This document shows positions 38,677-48,070 of a stretch of 64,000 nucleotides of DNA, piece by piece. The notes under the pieces are model-generated. The model was not told the DNA's origin, did not search any database, and saw nothing but the letters and a program-made list of their open reading frames with translations. The DNA comes from a virus. The position numbers were made by a program, and so were the translations under genes. The DNA is taken from the IMG/VR virus record IMGVR_UViG_3300045988_132920, one strand, 5' to 3'. Each line of letters opens with the position of its first letter. Within the stretch, counting starts at the first letter, position 1.

Positions 38677-40503
38677 ATGAAACAAACAAGACATCTAATA
38701 AACTCATTTACTAACAACATTAATGATATACCTATTAATCAAATTGAACTTATTAAGGTAAATAAGTCAGTAGTTGGGTATAATGGCGACCAATTAACTA
38801 TTGACACAGAACTCAGTACTTTTGATAAGGATGCGTTGTATTATGATAATAGTGCTTTGTTTGTGTTTGTATCATCATTTACAGACTTAAATGATATTTC
38901 TAGCATTATTAGGGATTATTATGCTGATGTGTACAAAGGGTTATCTGGACGTGTAGAGGCTTATGTTAACTACAATAATAACTGGTATGAGCTAGTTATT
39001 TTATTAAACGTTTCTGTAGTTACTGTACACATTAACGGAATTGTAGATTCCCCTAGTGAGGAAGCAGATTCTTTGTATTACTGTGTTGAATCTAATTTAT
39101 ACCGATTAGACAACAAAGACATCATTATTGGTACAGCTCTTACACAAAAGTCATTGCAATATGGTGGAATGGCTAAGTCGTTTTATTTCAAAAATGGTCA
39201 ATGGATTGAAATAAGAGTTCAGATAGCACCTGATGAAGCCGAGATGTCATATACTGTAAGTGATAACATTGAGGAAGATATTGTCGTAGGTGGCATCTAT
39301 TACCTAATAAAAGGGCAGCTGTATAGGTGTGTACATGGTAACATTTGGATAGACTGTAATCCTATGACAGCAGGGGAGAAAGCTAACAATGCAACCAACT
39401 CTAATGCTATTGTTAATGGTAGCATGCAGCCTATATATAACAGAGACATAGTATATTTAGAATGCTACCCGTATGATACTAAAACTCATACAAGACTTGT
39501 TAAAAATAGATATGGTGAAACTGTTGAAGAACAGTATACACTAAACAAAGTTCTTTTTGATACCTTTGATTTAAGTACAATTACTTCAGCTGATGCACAC
39601 GAGCATTGTATGCTTATAAGAGATAAGTGGTATTATTATGCTCCAGCTAAAGAATTATTTAAGTGGACTCCTAATGGAGAACTACCTGAACTTGTACAAC
39701 CTTGGGTACTTACTGGTAAAAATACTCAACGTATTTTTTACTCTCCAGATAAAGGTGGTATTACACTTAATGACAGTAAGGACAATGCGTATATTGAAGT
39801 ACCAAGAGGTAAAAACTTAACACTTACTACAGAAGCCCTATCAAGTACAACTCCATTGTGGTTATATCATCCTGCAAGAGAAAGTTGGGTTGAGTATAAA
39901 GTAATTGTTACAGAGTCAAACCCAAACATGCTTTGGGCTAATAACTCTTTAAATGATGAGCTGATACAGGCTCTGGTTGAGCAAGATGCTTTTGTTTTAA
40001 ATATATCAAATGACCTTGGTTGGGAGCTGTACAAGTTTGATTACACAAAATTTTTTGTTAAATATGATTTTGTGGGCAAGTACGGAGACGAAGATGGCTA
40101 TGGTATTTATGAACGTCAGTTTCAGTTTTATAGAAACATGATGCACAGATATTATGATATTAACAAAATCAATAGAATTGACCATGCAGATATTACATTT
40201 ATTCACCAACATCCATTAATTGCAGTAGATGTTCCAGAGAACGGAAAAATTTATTATGATTCTGTTAAGGACACTTACTATATCACACAAATAGTTCCAC
40301 CAGAAGATGTTATTACATCAGAGATTGAGTCAGTAGTTAATGATGGTATCATAGATGACTTGGGGAATAACATACCTGTTATTGACAAGCAGTATTACAA
40401 CAAAGAAGGTCTCCCATTAGTATTTGATGGAGAAACCTACTTTGAATTTTTGGAATTAAAAACAGATAATGAGTTTATTCAGCACAGAATAATGTACCTG
40501 TAG
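38677..40503 (+). CDS. Hypothetical large protein, 608 aa.
   Basis: Long ORF after terminator 38630-38660. No motif recognised. Confidence 0.65.
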   Translation: MKQTRHLINSFTNNINDIPINQIELIKVNKSVVGYNGDQLTIDTELSTFDKDALYYDNSALFVFVSSFTDLNDISSIIRDYYADVYKGLSGRVEAYVNYNNNWYELVILLNVSVVTVHINGIVDSPSEEADSLYYCVESNLYRLDNKDIIIGTALTQKSLQYGGMAKSFYFKNGQWIEIRVQIAPDEAEMSYTVSDNIEEDIVVGGIYYLIKGQLYRCVHGNIWIDCNPMTAGEKANNATNSNAIVNGSMQPIYNRDIVYLECYPYDTKTHTRLVKNRYGETVEEQYTLNKVLFDTFDLSTITSADAHEHCMLIRDKWYYYAPAKELFKWTPNGELPELVQPWVLTGKNTQRIFYSPDKGGITLNDSKDNAYIEVPRGKNLTLTTEALSSTTPLWLYHPARESWVEYKVIVTESNPNMLWANNSLNDELIQALVEQDAFVLNISNDLGWELYKFDYTKFFVKYDFVGKYGDEDGYGIYERQFQFYRNMMHRYYDINKINRIDHADITFIHQHPLIAVDVPENGKIYYDSVKDTYYITQIVPPEDVITSEIESVVNDGIIDDLGNNIPVIDKQYYNKEGLPLVFDGETYFEFLELKTDNEFIQHRIMYL

Positions 40504-41023
40504 ATGAATTTAGTGTAAATTTTTCAATTACTGGTAATGACCCGTCCATCATTCTGTCAACTACAATAAATGATGCTTTTTCAAATCCCATGACTTTATT
40601 AGTATATTCAATAACTGGTTGAATCTCATAGTCTGAGCATGAAAATAGGTCTATTGATATATAGTTTTTCTCGGTCCAAGAATGCAGTGTGCAGTGACTT
40701 TCGACCCATATAGCAATAGCTGAGACACCACTACCTAGTGTGTTTCGTTGGTTAATGTGTGTCCTAAATGAACTAAGTATTTCAGAGTCATTACACTTAC
40801 CTTCTGCATCAAGTTTTTCTAATAACCTTACAGCCTCACCAGAGAATGGAAATGACATAGCTATTGGTGGGAATACTAAGGTCATGTTAGTTATTTTAGT
40901 TACTTCTTCTAAGTAATCAGATAAAAATTCTCGACTAGACATGTCTTTAACTTTATCTGACGAAAAGACTCCATCTATTATTAAGTGTCGTCCTGCGTAG
41001 TTTGGTGTATCAATAAAATTCAC
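40475..41023 (-). CDS. speH: S-adenosylmethionine decarboxylase proenzyme (pyruvoyl-dependent, SpeH/SpeD class I-like).
   Basis: Motif VESHCTLHSWTE matches the self-cleavage / pyruvoyl site E-S-H...H-T-W-P-E of bacterial class I AdoMetDC. Length is about 180 aa. Confidence 0.65.
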   Translation of the reverse strand: MNFIDTPNYAGRHLIIDGVFSSDKVKDMSSREFLSDYLEEVTKITNMTLVFPPIAMSFPFSGEAVRLLEKLDAEGKCNDSEILSSFRTHINQRNTLGSGVSAIAIWVESHCTLHSWTEKNYISIDLFSCSDYEIQPVIEYTNKVMGFEKASFIVVDRMMDGSLPVIEKFTLNSSTGTLFCAE

Positions 41024-41077
41024 TGTTACCTCCTATTGGTCGTACGTAATACAATATATCTTATCGAATTATTACTA

Positions 41078-41100
41078 ATTTGTCAACCCGATTGGGTTGA
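41078..41100. promoter_or_regulatory. Palindromic divergent-promoter core ttgtcaacccgattgggttgaca, with overlapping -35 hexamers on both strands.
   Basis: It lies between the minus-strand AdoMetDC gene and the plus-strand membrane-ORF operon. Perfect 10-bp inverted arms surround gatt. Confidence 0.55.
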
Positions 41101-41151
41101 CAGAATACCAAATTAATGATATGATTGAAGTACAACAACAAGGAGATAATC

Positions 41152-41310
41152 ATGAAATTATTACTATTACTTTTATTTTGCTTATTCTGTGGAATATCCT
41201 TAGATGGATTAACAGTAACAGGTGTTGTACAAGCACTAAATCAACATCCATTTTGGACACTTGTATTCTTAGGTGCTATATTCTCATCAACCTATGTAAA
41301 GGTAGGGTAA
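41152..41310 (+). CDS. Small hydrophobic membrane protein, 52 aa.
   Basis: Strong RBS aggag 7 nt upstream of ATG 41152. Two hydrophobic segments. The stop overlaps the next start (TAATG). Confidence 0.5.
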   Translation: MKLLLLLLFCLFCGISLDGLTVTGVVQALNQHPFWTLVFLGAIFSSTYVKVG

Positions 41311-41891
41311 TGGGTTACAGAAACTATTTAGCAGTAACAGATAGAAAAAGCATTAAGAATTATAAGCAAATTCTTAAGAAGTTTGTTGAAGATGATGGAC
41401 ATTGTTCTTACATAGACTTTCTTCACGAAGTTTCCAAAGAAGTGTATGAACTAGGTAAGTACTCTGATGAAGGAAGTGCTTTGGAGAGTTATTCTCCAAA
41501 AATTCCTGAGAGTATCGCTACTGAGTTTGAGGAACTAAAGCAACTTCTTGCAGAGCACGAGTATGGTTTTAACTATGTTAACCAAAGAGCTTTTAAGTGT
41601 ATAATTGATAGCTACCAAACTCGTTCAGGTTTGTACTATACAGATATGGTTGACTCATTAGTAGGAAAACCTGGAGCTCGTTTATCTAAGGAAGAAGCTA
41701 TAAAACAAGCTATTCACTATTTCAGAAAAATGGCGAATGAGTACTCTAATGGTTCTATAGTTGATACAGATATAGAAAATAAGTGCTCATTAACAAGCTC
41801 TTGGGATTATGCTATGTCTGTATTTAACTTAGCCTATATTTACAAGACATTTAACTGGGAAAATGATATAATGATAGTAGTAGGATATTAA
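41310..41891 (+). CDS. Hypothetical protein, about 193 aa.
   Basis: Start reassigned to ATG 41310, coupled to the upstream small ORF. The track's N-terminal extension from 41097 overlaps the promoter and is low-complexity. Confidence 0.6.
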   Translation: MGYRNYLAVTDRKSIKNYKQILKKFVEDDGHCSYIDFLHEVSKEVYELGKYSDEGSALESYSPKIPESIATEFEELKQLLAEHEYGFNYVNQRAFKCIIDSYQTRSGLYYTDMVDSLVGKPGARLSKEEAIKQAIHYFRKMANEYSNGSIVDTDIENKCSLTSSWDYAMSVFNLAYIYKTFNWENDIMIVVGY

Positions 41892-41892
41892 T

Positions 41893-42312
41893 ATGCCAAT
41901 GATACCTAAGCATATGCCAAAATATGAATATTATGCAGTAGCAGAGGAAGCAAATGGAGTTACTTTAAATCACCTGATTTCCTATGCTGAGCACTATGGT
42001 TTGTCACTAGATACACCAATTTATTGTCAGCACGTTGAGGATTCATTCCTTGCTGACCATCAGTCAGTTGAACTACTTGTTCCTGGCGATGAAAAGAACT
42101 ACGGCTGTTATCCGTGTGGGTGGGGTACAGAAAGTTTCCCGTGTGAATATGCAAATGAGTGTAAAGTGTATATTCAGGCGAGGGACCTAAATAAAGAACA
42201 CACAGATAAAACACCTGATTGTTGTAAAAAATGTCCTGAAAGAAATCAGTACTTACATGGTGAGTCTGTTTCATATAAAGGAAACAAATTACTTATAAAT
42301 TTGCATTATTAG
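41893..42312 (+). CDS. Cys-rich hypothetical protein, 139 aa.
   Basis: Multiple Cys pairs (CYPCGWG, CEYANEC, CCKKCPE) suggest metal binding. Confidence 0.55.
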   Translation: MPMIPKHMPKYEYYAVAEEANGVTLNHLISYAEHYGLSLDTPIYCQHVEDSFLADHQSVELLVPGDEKNYGCYPCGWGTESFPCEYANECKVYIQARDLNKEHTDKTPDCCKKCPERNQYLHGESVSYKGNKLLINLHY

Positions 42313-42333
42313 ATGTAGAAAGGAACAGAGAAC

Positions 42334-43836
42334 ATGTCAAATTTAATGTTTATGGCACTTTGGGCAGCTCTCGGTAGTGGAGCTATCTTGCTCATTGTAG
42401 TACTTTATGTACTAGGTCTTCGCAGAATTGTACAACCTGACCAAGTTCACGTTGTACAACGTAACAAGAACTCAGAAGTATATGGTTCAGCTGCAAAAGA
42501 CAACAGTGGTAACACTTATTATGAGTTTCCAAGTTGGATTCCTAGATTAGGTGTAACTGTTAAAATACTACCTACAGACATCTTTGATATTGACTTAAAT
42601 GATTATGAAGCCTATGACAAAGACCGTCTTCAGTTTTTAGTTGATATTAAGGCATTCTTTAGAATTGTTGATTTTAAAGTAGCTGCTGTTAAAATCAAAA
42701 GCACACAAAGTTTATCTTTACAGTTAAAAAGTATTGTACAAGGTGCAGTTCGTTCATTGCTTGCTAAAGAAGATTTAGAAAGCATTATGTCTGAACGTGC
42801 TAAGTATGGTACAATGTTTACTGAAGAAATTTGTGAGCAACTTAAGGAATGGGGTGTTGCAACAGTTAAGAATATTGAGTTGATGGATATTAGAGATGCC
42901 CATGGTTCAGATACTATTGCAAACATCATGAAAAAGAAGAAATCTGCTATTGAAGCTGAATCTCGTAAAACTGTTGCTGGTAATATTCAACAGGCAAAAG
43001 AAGCTGAAATTGTTGCAATGCAGATAGTTCAGTTAAAAGAACAAGATGCAAAACGTGAAGTAGGCTTGAGAGAAGCAGCAGTACAACAAGAGGTAGGTAT
43101 CGCTAATGAAAAGGCAGCTCAAGAAATCCAAGCTCAAAAGAAAACCACAGCTGAGAAAGAAATGGAAGTTACTCGTGTTAATACTATCAAAGCTGCTGAG
43201 ATTGATAAAGATGCTGCTGAAGTACAAGCAGAACAGAATAGAAAGGTTACTATTATTGATGCTGAAACTCGTGTTAAACGTGCTGAAGCAGACAAGCAGG
43301 CTACTATTCTAACTGCTGAAGCTGAAAAAGAAAAGACTATCCTTGAAGCTGAAGCTACTAAACAACGTGTTGAATTAAAGGCACAAGCTGATTTAACTAC
43401 TTCTGTAAATGAAGCTAAAGGTATTGAGGCTAAAGGTAAAGCTACTGCTGAATCTGAAAGACTTAATAAAACAGCTTCTGTTGCCGATAAAGTTACATTG
43501 GCTAAAGAAATTGGTGAAAATAAACCTTACCAAGAATTCTTACTTAAACAAAAACAAGTTGAAGTTATGGGCGAAGTTGGTGTGGCACAAGCTAAAAACT
43601 TATCAGGTGCAAACCTTAACGTCTACGCAACAGCTGGTAGTGTAACTGATGGTATATCAAAAGCAGCAAATATCTTTTCACCAAGTAACACACTTGATAT
43701 AGCTAGTGGCTTAGAAGCATTTGTAGCTACTCCATTTGGAGCTGCTGTAGCTGATAAAGTCCTTGGTACAGGCGATGCAGTGAAAACACTTGAGACGGCA
43801 AAGCAAGTGGTTAAAAATCCAAAAGGTGATAAATAA
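42334..43836 (+). CDS. SPFH/band-7 (flotillin-like) membrane protein with an Ala/Glu-rich C-terminal repeat region.
   Basis: N-terminal TM helix (ALWAALGSGAILLIVVLYVL), then an SPFH-like core. A long AEAEKEKTILEAEATKQRVELKAQ-type EA-repeat coiled coil follows, as in flotillins. Confidence 0.6.
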   Translation: MSNLMFMALWAALGSGAILLIVVLYVLGLRRIVQPDQVHVVQRNKNSEVYGSAAKDNSGNTYYEFPSWIPRLGVTVKILPTDIFDIDLNDYEAYDKDRLQFLVDIKAFFRIVDFKVAAVKIKSTQSLSLQLKSIVQGAVRSLLAKEDLESIMSERAKYGTMFTEEICEQLKEWGVATVKNIELMDIRDAHGSDTIANIMKKKKSAIEAESRKTVAGNIQQAKEAEIVAMQIVQLKEQDAKREVGLREAAVQQEVGIANEKAAQEIQAQKKTTAEKEMEVTRVNTIKAAEIDKDAAEVQAEQNRKVTIIDAETRVKRAEADKQATILTAEAEKEKTILEAEATKQRVELKAQADLTTSVNEAKGIEAKGKATAESERLNKTASVADKVTLAKEIGENKPYQEFLLKQKQVEVMGEVGVAQAKNLSGANLNVYATAGSVTDGISKAANIFSPSNTLDIASGLEAFVATPFGAAVADKVLGTGDAVKTLETAKQVVKNPKGDK

Positions 43837-44114
43837 TGGCAGACTTAGAGTCACTTAAAACTAAGATTCAACTGTACAAGATGAAAAAGACACAAATGGA
43901 AGATATTGAAGCTGAAATTAAAGACTTGCGTGACCAAATTGTTGATGGTATGAAGACTTTAAATAAAAGCAAGGTACAATCAGGCGACCTTACAGCCACT
44001 CTTTCATCCTACACATCTGAGTCCTTTAATAAGGCAAGATTTAAGAAAGACCATCCAGAAATGTACTTTCAATACTATACAACTTCTTTTTCAGACAGGT
44101 TACAGGTGAAATAA
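43836..44114 (+). CDS. Hypothetical protein, 92 aa.
   Basis: Start overlaps the upstream stop (TAATG). Terminator 44118-44148 downstream. Confidence 0.5.
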   Translation: MADLESLKTKIQLYKMKKTQMEDIEAEIKDLRDQIVDGMKTLNKSKVQSGDLTATLSSYTSESFNKARFKKDHPEMYFQYYTTSFSDRLQVK

Positions 44115-44117
44115 ACT

Positions 44118-44148
44118 AAAAGAGCTCAGTAATACTGGGCTCTTTTAT
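44118..44148 (+). terminator. Rho-independent terminator.
   Basis: aaagagctcagtaatactgggctctttt. Confidence 0.6.
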
Positions 44149-44211
44149 TGCTAAATAGTTGACACATATTAAAAACTATGATATACTTTTGTTAGATAGG
44201 AGAATAGCACG

Positions 44212-44514
44212 ATGCAGAGATTTATTAGATTAACTGAAATGATTAATACAGAACCTAAGAGTATCATACTTAACACATTTGATATTGTAGAAGTATATGA
44301 AGCAGATGACGATGAAGATGATATTAGTTCTCATATAATGCTAAGAACAGAATCTTCTGACTTAGACATTGTAGAGTCTGTGGATACTATTTATGACTTA
44401 ATCCATGGTAAAGAACCTTCAAAAGAAAACTTGAAATTTCCCGAACAAGTAGAAGCACAGTTTACATCTGAGCTCTACGGAAGTTTTGGTGATGGTGATG
44501 CGTTCAAGTTATAA
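44212..44514 (+). CDS. Hypothetical acidic protein, 100 aa.
   Basis: Promoter (ttgaca 44160-44165, tatact 44183-44188) and RBS aggagaatagcacgATG. Confidence 0.55.
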   Translation: MQRFIRLTEMINTEPKSIILNTFDIVEVYEADDDEDDISSHIMLRTESSDLDIVESVDTIYDLIHGKEPSKENLKFPEQVEAQFTSELYGSFGDGDAFKL

Positions 44515-44735
44515 AGCATCATTTATAAAGCTAAGTACATTCCTTATGACTTTGATAGCTTTAATGGTTCATTTTAGTTATTATGGTGTGTTTGACCATT
44601 TGTCACGTGTTCTTGATGGGGAAGTGACACCAGACAAATCGTTATTAATTGGAGCTTTATTATTAGTCAGTTTAATCGGGGTGCTGCAAGCACTATTGTT
44701 TACATACATTGATGAAAAATTATAGGGAGAGTAGA

Positions 44736-45383
44736 ATGAATGAATACGGGGTTAAGCTCATCGAACAAAAAACAGCCAATGCACGAGCTGAAAGTAAAGC
44801 TAGGTCTTTTAGTAAATTATCGAATTACACTTCAGACAAACAGTACTTCAGAAACTGGAACAACTTTAAACTAACACCTGAATACTTTTTGAATTACATG
44901 AAGGTTAATAATGGATATGCTAGTAAGTACTATTTAGTTAAAAAACTTTCAGATAACAAGGTATATACTAAACCTGAGGTTTATCAAGGGTTAAATAGTT
45001 TATTGAACTATTTTAAAGCACACCCAGAACTAGGTGTTCATACCTTTTTTATAGATGCTAGGTTGATGTTTATTATGCCATCTTTCAAAGATGAGTACCC
45101 TGACAGGTATGAACATAATAAAATTTGGAAACAATATTTTGCACAGCTTAAATTAGCTAATGAATCCAAGTATTGCACGTCTGTAATTGAAGCTGTTGAG
45201 CCTAAAGTTCAGCCAGTAGTTGTAACAGAAAAATCTGTAGAAGTATTAAGCCAAAAGGCTACGGAGATAGGGGAGAGAAAAAGAGGGACATTTGAGTCCT
45301 TATTATCTAGGGTTGGAGAGCACCTAGATAGTTCAAGTGCAGTAGTTAAAAAGGTGTGTAAGCACTTGTTAGCACATTTTTAG
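44736..45383 (+). CDS. Hypothetical protein, about 215 aa.
   Basis: Start chosen at ATG 44736 after RBS agggagag. The upstream in-frame ATG 44709 is possible. Confidence 0.55.
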   Translation: MNEYGVKLIEQKTANARAESKARSFSKLSNYTSDKQYFRNWNNFKLTPEYFLNYMKVNNGYASKYYLVKKLSDNKVYTKPEVYQGLNSLLNYFKAHPELGVHTFFIDARLMFIMPSFKDEYPDRYEHNKIWKQYFAQLKLANESKYCTSVIEAVEPKVQPVVVTEKSVEVLSQKATEIGERKRGTFESLLSRVGEHLDSSSAVVKKVCKHLLAHF

Positions 45384-45481
45384 ACTACTGTTATAATGTC
45401 GTATGTAATTACAATGAGGTAGCATAATGCTACCTCTTTCCTTAGGTTGACAGTTTAGATAAATTATGCTAAACTTAAAGT

Positions 45482-45979
45482 ATGTTTGAAGTAAGCAATG
45501 TATTATTTTTAGAAGAATTAACAGCAAGTTTATACATGTATAAAAGCATGGAGACTGTTTATTACAGATGTGACTGTATTCCAATTCATTTTACAGACTT
45601 GTTTAAATCACGTCACTTACTACAGACAAAGCACTATATAAATAGCAGAAGCAGTTACCATGATACAAAAGGGCAAGTTAACGGTACATTCATTCATAAC
45701 AATATGCTGTTCGTACAAATTGAACATGCAGAAAACTTCGATTATGTGGTAAGACGAACAAAATGGTTTGAAAAACCACGCAATATACAAGTTGAGCCGT
45801 TTGAGTGGTGCTACACATACTCCCCAGAAGTTATAGATGGTAATTTTGGTTTTGATGATGAACACGAAATTGGTCAACTTGGTTTAAGATGGGATGCACC
45901 TGAGTTAGCTGTAAGTTACCACTTAGAGTGGGGTGAACCTTTCCCATATGAACGACATTCTATAAATTACTGGAGATAA
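45482..45979 (+). CDS. Hypothetical protein, 165 aa.
   Basis: Promoter ttgaca 45445-45450 upstream. Confidence 0.5.
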   Translation: MFEVSNVLFLEELTASLYMYKSMETVYYRCDCIPIHFTDLFKSRHLLQTKHYINSRSSYHDTKGQVNGTFIHNNMLFVQIEHAENFDYVVRRTKWFEKPRNIQVEPFEWCYTYSPEVIDGNFGFDDEHEIGQLGLRWDAPELAVSYHLEWGEPFPYERHSINYWR

Positions 45980-45981
45980 TT

Positions 45982-46353
45982 ATGATACTTGAATATTCTG
46001 ATGCTAACTTAATACCTATTATAGGTAATGATGATGGACTTTATGTAACCCATGCAGTATCTGTGAAAATTGTGAATAAAAAGGTTCAGAAACGAATGAG
46101 TATTTTTGGTAAGCCTTGTCATCGCTCAAGGTCGCTACTTTCAAAAGACCCTTTTGGTGGTCTTTTACAAACTCCAGGCTATTATGGAAGAATAGCCTAT
46201 TCTATGCCTGAATTATACTACTTTGTATGTGTTGTAAGTTATACAAAATATCTAAGAGAAGCAATGTCAGGTAACTCAATTACTTCAATAGAGTTACACA
46301 CTGGTGGAACTCTTGAAGATATAGTTAGAAGACAGTTGGAGGGTTATGCTTAA
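45982..46353 (+). CDS. Hypothetical protein, 123 aa.
   Basis: ORF with RBS ggagataattATG. Confidence 0.45.
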   Translation: MILEYSDANLIPIIGNDDGLYVTHAVSVKIVNKKVQKRMSIFGKPCHRSRSLLSKDPFGGLLQTPGYYGRIAYSMPELYYFVCVVSYTKYLREAMSGNSITSIELHTGGTLEDIVRRQLEGYA

Positions 46354-46684
46354 GTTAACTGATGTTCGATTAACAGGCTGCTCAATGAAATACTCTACGG
46401 GAGAATGGACTAAAAGTGGTCTTGCGTTAATATGCTATTTTGCTGAGCTTACAGTATGTTCAGATGCTGCTTCAAGTATTATAAGAAGTAGGTGGTTTTG
46501 TAATAAGAGCCCACTACGAGTTGGTTGTAGCTACCAGTATTTTGACTATCCAACAATAGTACGTGCTAGTGGTTATTATCATAGCCCTGGTATTAAACTC
46601 CTATATCCAGTATTACTAAAACAAAAGCCTAGAGGTATAGGTCTTGGTTGTGTGGAGGTATCCTCATATGATTCAAGGGTATAA
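46346..46684 (+). CDS. Hypothetical protein, 112 aa.
   Basis: ORF overlapping the upstream stop. Confidence 0.4.
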   Translation: MLKLTDVRLTGCSMKYSTGEWTKSGLALICYFAELTVCSDAASSIIRSRWFCNKSPLRVGCSYQYFDYPTIVRASGYYHSPGIKLLYPVLLKQKPRGIGLGCVEVSSYDSRV

Positions 46685-46880
46685 AAATGTTCTTGTATTT
46701 GGGCATGTAGGTAATTTATATCTTATACCTGCTAGTGACCATATAACTAAGAGGCTGAGTATATTTCAGTACGTGGAAACACGGGCTCAAGTTCTTCCAG
46801 CTGTTGTGTACGTGTTGGGTTGACAAACTTGTAATCTTATGCTATTATAAATACATAAGCAATACCGAAAGGACAGAATA

Positions 46881-48065
46881 ATGAAAGCAATTAAAACAAA
46901 TAAGAATTCAATTTTGTCATGGGCAAAAGAGATTGAAGAACCAGCATTAAAACAATTAATTAATGCTGCTGAGCACCCTTGTATTAACATGCCTGTAGCT
47001 GTGTGTCCAGATGTACATGCAGGATTTGGTGTAACTATTGGCTGTGTACTTCCAGTAACAGATGCACTAATCCCAAATGCTGTAGGTGTGGATATTGGAT
47101 GCTCAATGTCAGCAGCTAAAACAAATATTCGTGTAGAAGATGTATCAACAGAACTATTAAAGAAGATTGTTGGTGGAGCTAAAGGTTACCCAGGAGGTAT
47201 TAGAGCTAATATCCCTGTAGGACAAAGCCACCACAAAACAAAACAAGACCACCATATCTTTGCTAACAGAGATATGTGGAATGACACAATAGTTTGTGCA
47301 CAAGAACTTGAATCAGCACAATACCAGTTAGGAACAATGGGTGGTGGAAATCACTTTATTGAACTACAAGCTGGAGATGATGGTTTCTTGTATTACATGA
47401 TTCACTCAGGCTCACGTAACTTAGGGTACAAAGTGGGGCAGTATTATGATAAACTTGCTAAAGACTTGTGCAGCAAGTACAAGCAAGATAGAGTAGTACA
47501 AGATGACTTAGCTTTCTTACCAAGAGGTACAAAAGAGTTTGATATGTACTTTAAAGAAATGAATTTGTGCTTGCAGTTTGCCAAAGCAAACCATGAACGT
47601 ATGCAAGAAATCTTAGATGGAATTTTGAGACATTATATTCCTGAAATTGCATTTACTAAACGTTGGTATACAAGGCACAACTATGCAGCTATTGAAAACC
47701 ATAAAGGTGTAAACTACTTTATACATAGGAAGGGTGCTATAAGAGCACGTGTGGGTGATGAACAAATTATCCCTGGCTCACAAGGTACAGCTTCTTATAT
47801 AGTAGAAGGCTTAGGTAATGTGGATTCATATTGCTCAGCTTCACATGGTTCAGGTAGAGTAATGTCAAGAAGGCAGGCAACAGCTTCTTTAAATCTTGCA
47901 GAAGAACAAAAGAAGATGGAAGGTATTGTTCATAACATGACTACTAACAAGCAGTTAGATGAAGCACCTTCAGCTTATAAAGACATTGAAGACGTATTAA
48001 AGCAAGAAGCAGACTTAGTGAATAAAATTGTTAAGTTAAAGCCTATTGCTGTAGTGAAGGAGTAA
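46881..48065 (+). CDS. rtcB: RtcB RNA 3'-phosphate / 2',3'-cyclic-phosphate ligase.
   Basis: Near-canonical RtcB blocks: CPDVHAGFG, AVGVDIGCSM, GGNHFIE, HSGSRNLG, HRKGA, IIPGSQG, SASHGSGRVMSR and SAYKDIEDV. These run collinear with E. coli RtcB motifs over the full length. Promoter ttgaca 46819-46824, tattat 46842-46847. Confidence 0.9.
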   Translation: MKAIKTNKNSILSWAKEIEEPALKQLINAAEHPCINMPVAVCPDVHAGFGVTIGCVLPVTDALIPNAVGVDIGCSMSAAKTNIRVEDVSTELLKKIVGGAKGYPGGIRANIPVGQSHHKTKQDHHIFANRDMWNDTIVCAQELESAQYQLGTMGGGNHFIELQAGDDGFLYYMIHSGSRNLGYKVGQYYDKLAKDLCSKYKQDRVVQDDLAFLPRGTKEFDMYFKEMNLCLQFAKANHERMQEILDGILRHYIPEIAFTKRWYTRHNYAAIENHKGVNYFIHRKGAIRARVGDEQIIPGSQGTASYIVEGLGNVDSYCSASHGSGRVMSRRQATASLNLAEEQKKMEGIVHNMTTNKQLDEAPSAYKDIEDVLKQEADLVNKIVKLKPIAVVKE

Positions 48066-48070
48066 GTATT

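Noticed and set aside
41097-41309. N-terminal 71-codon extension of the 41097..41891 ORF, and the TTG-started 41125 ORF.
   Set aside because: The extension overlaps the divergent promoter and encodes low-complexity sequence. A strong RBS plus ATG at 41152, with TAATG coupling at 41310, gives a more plausible two-gene model.
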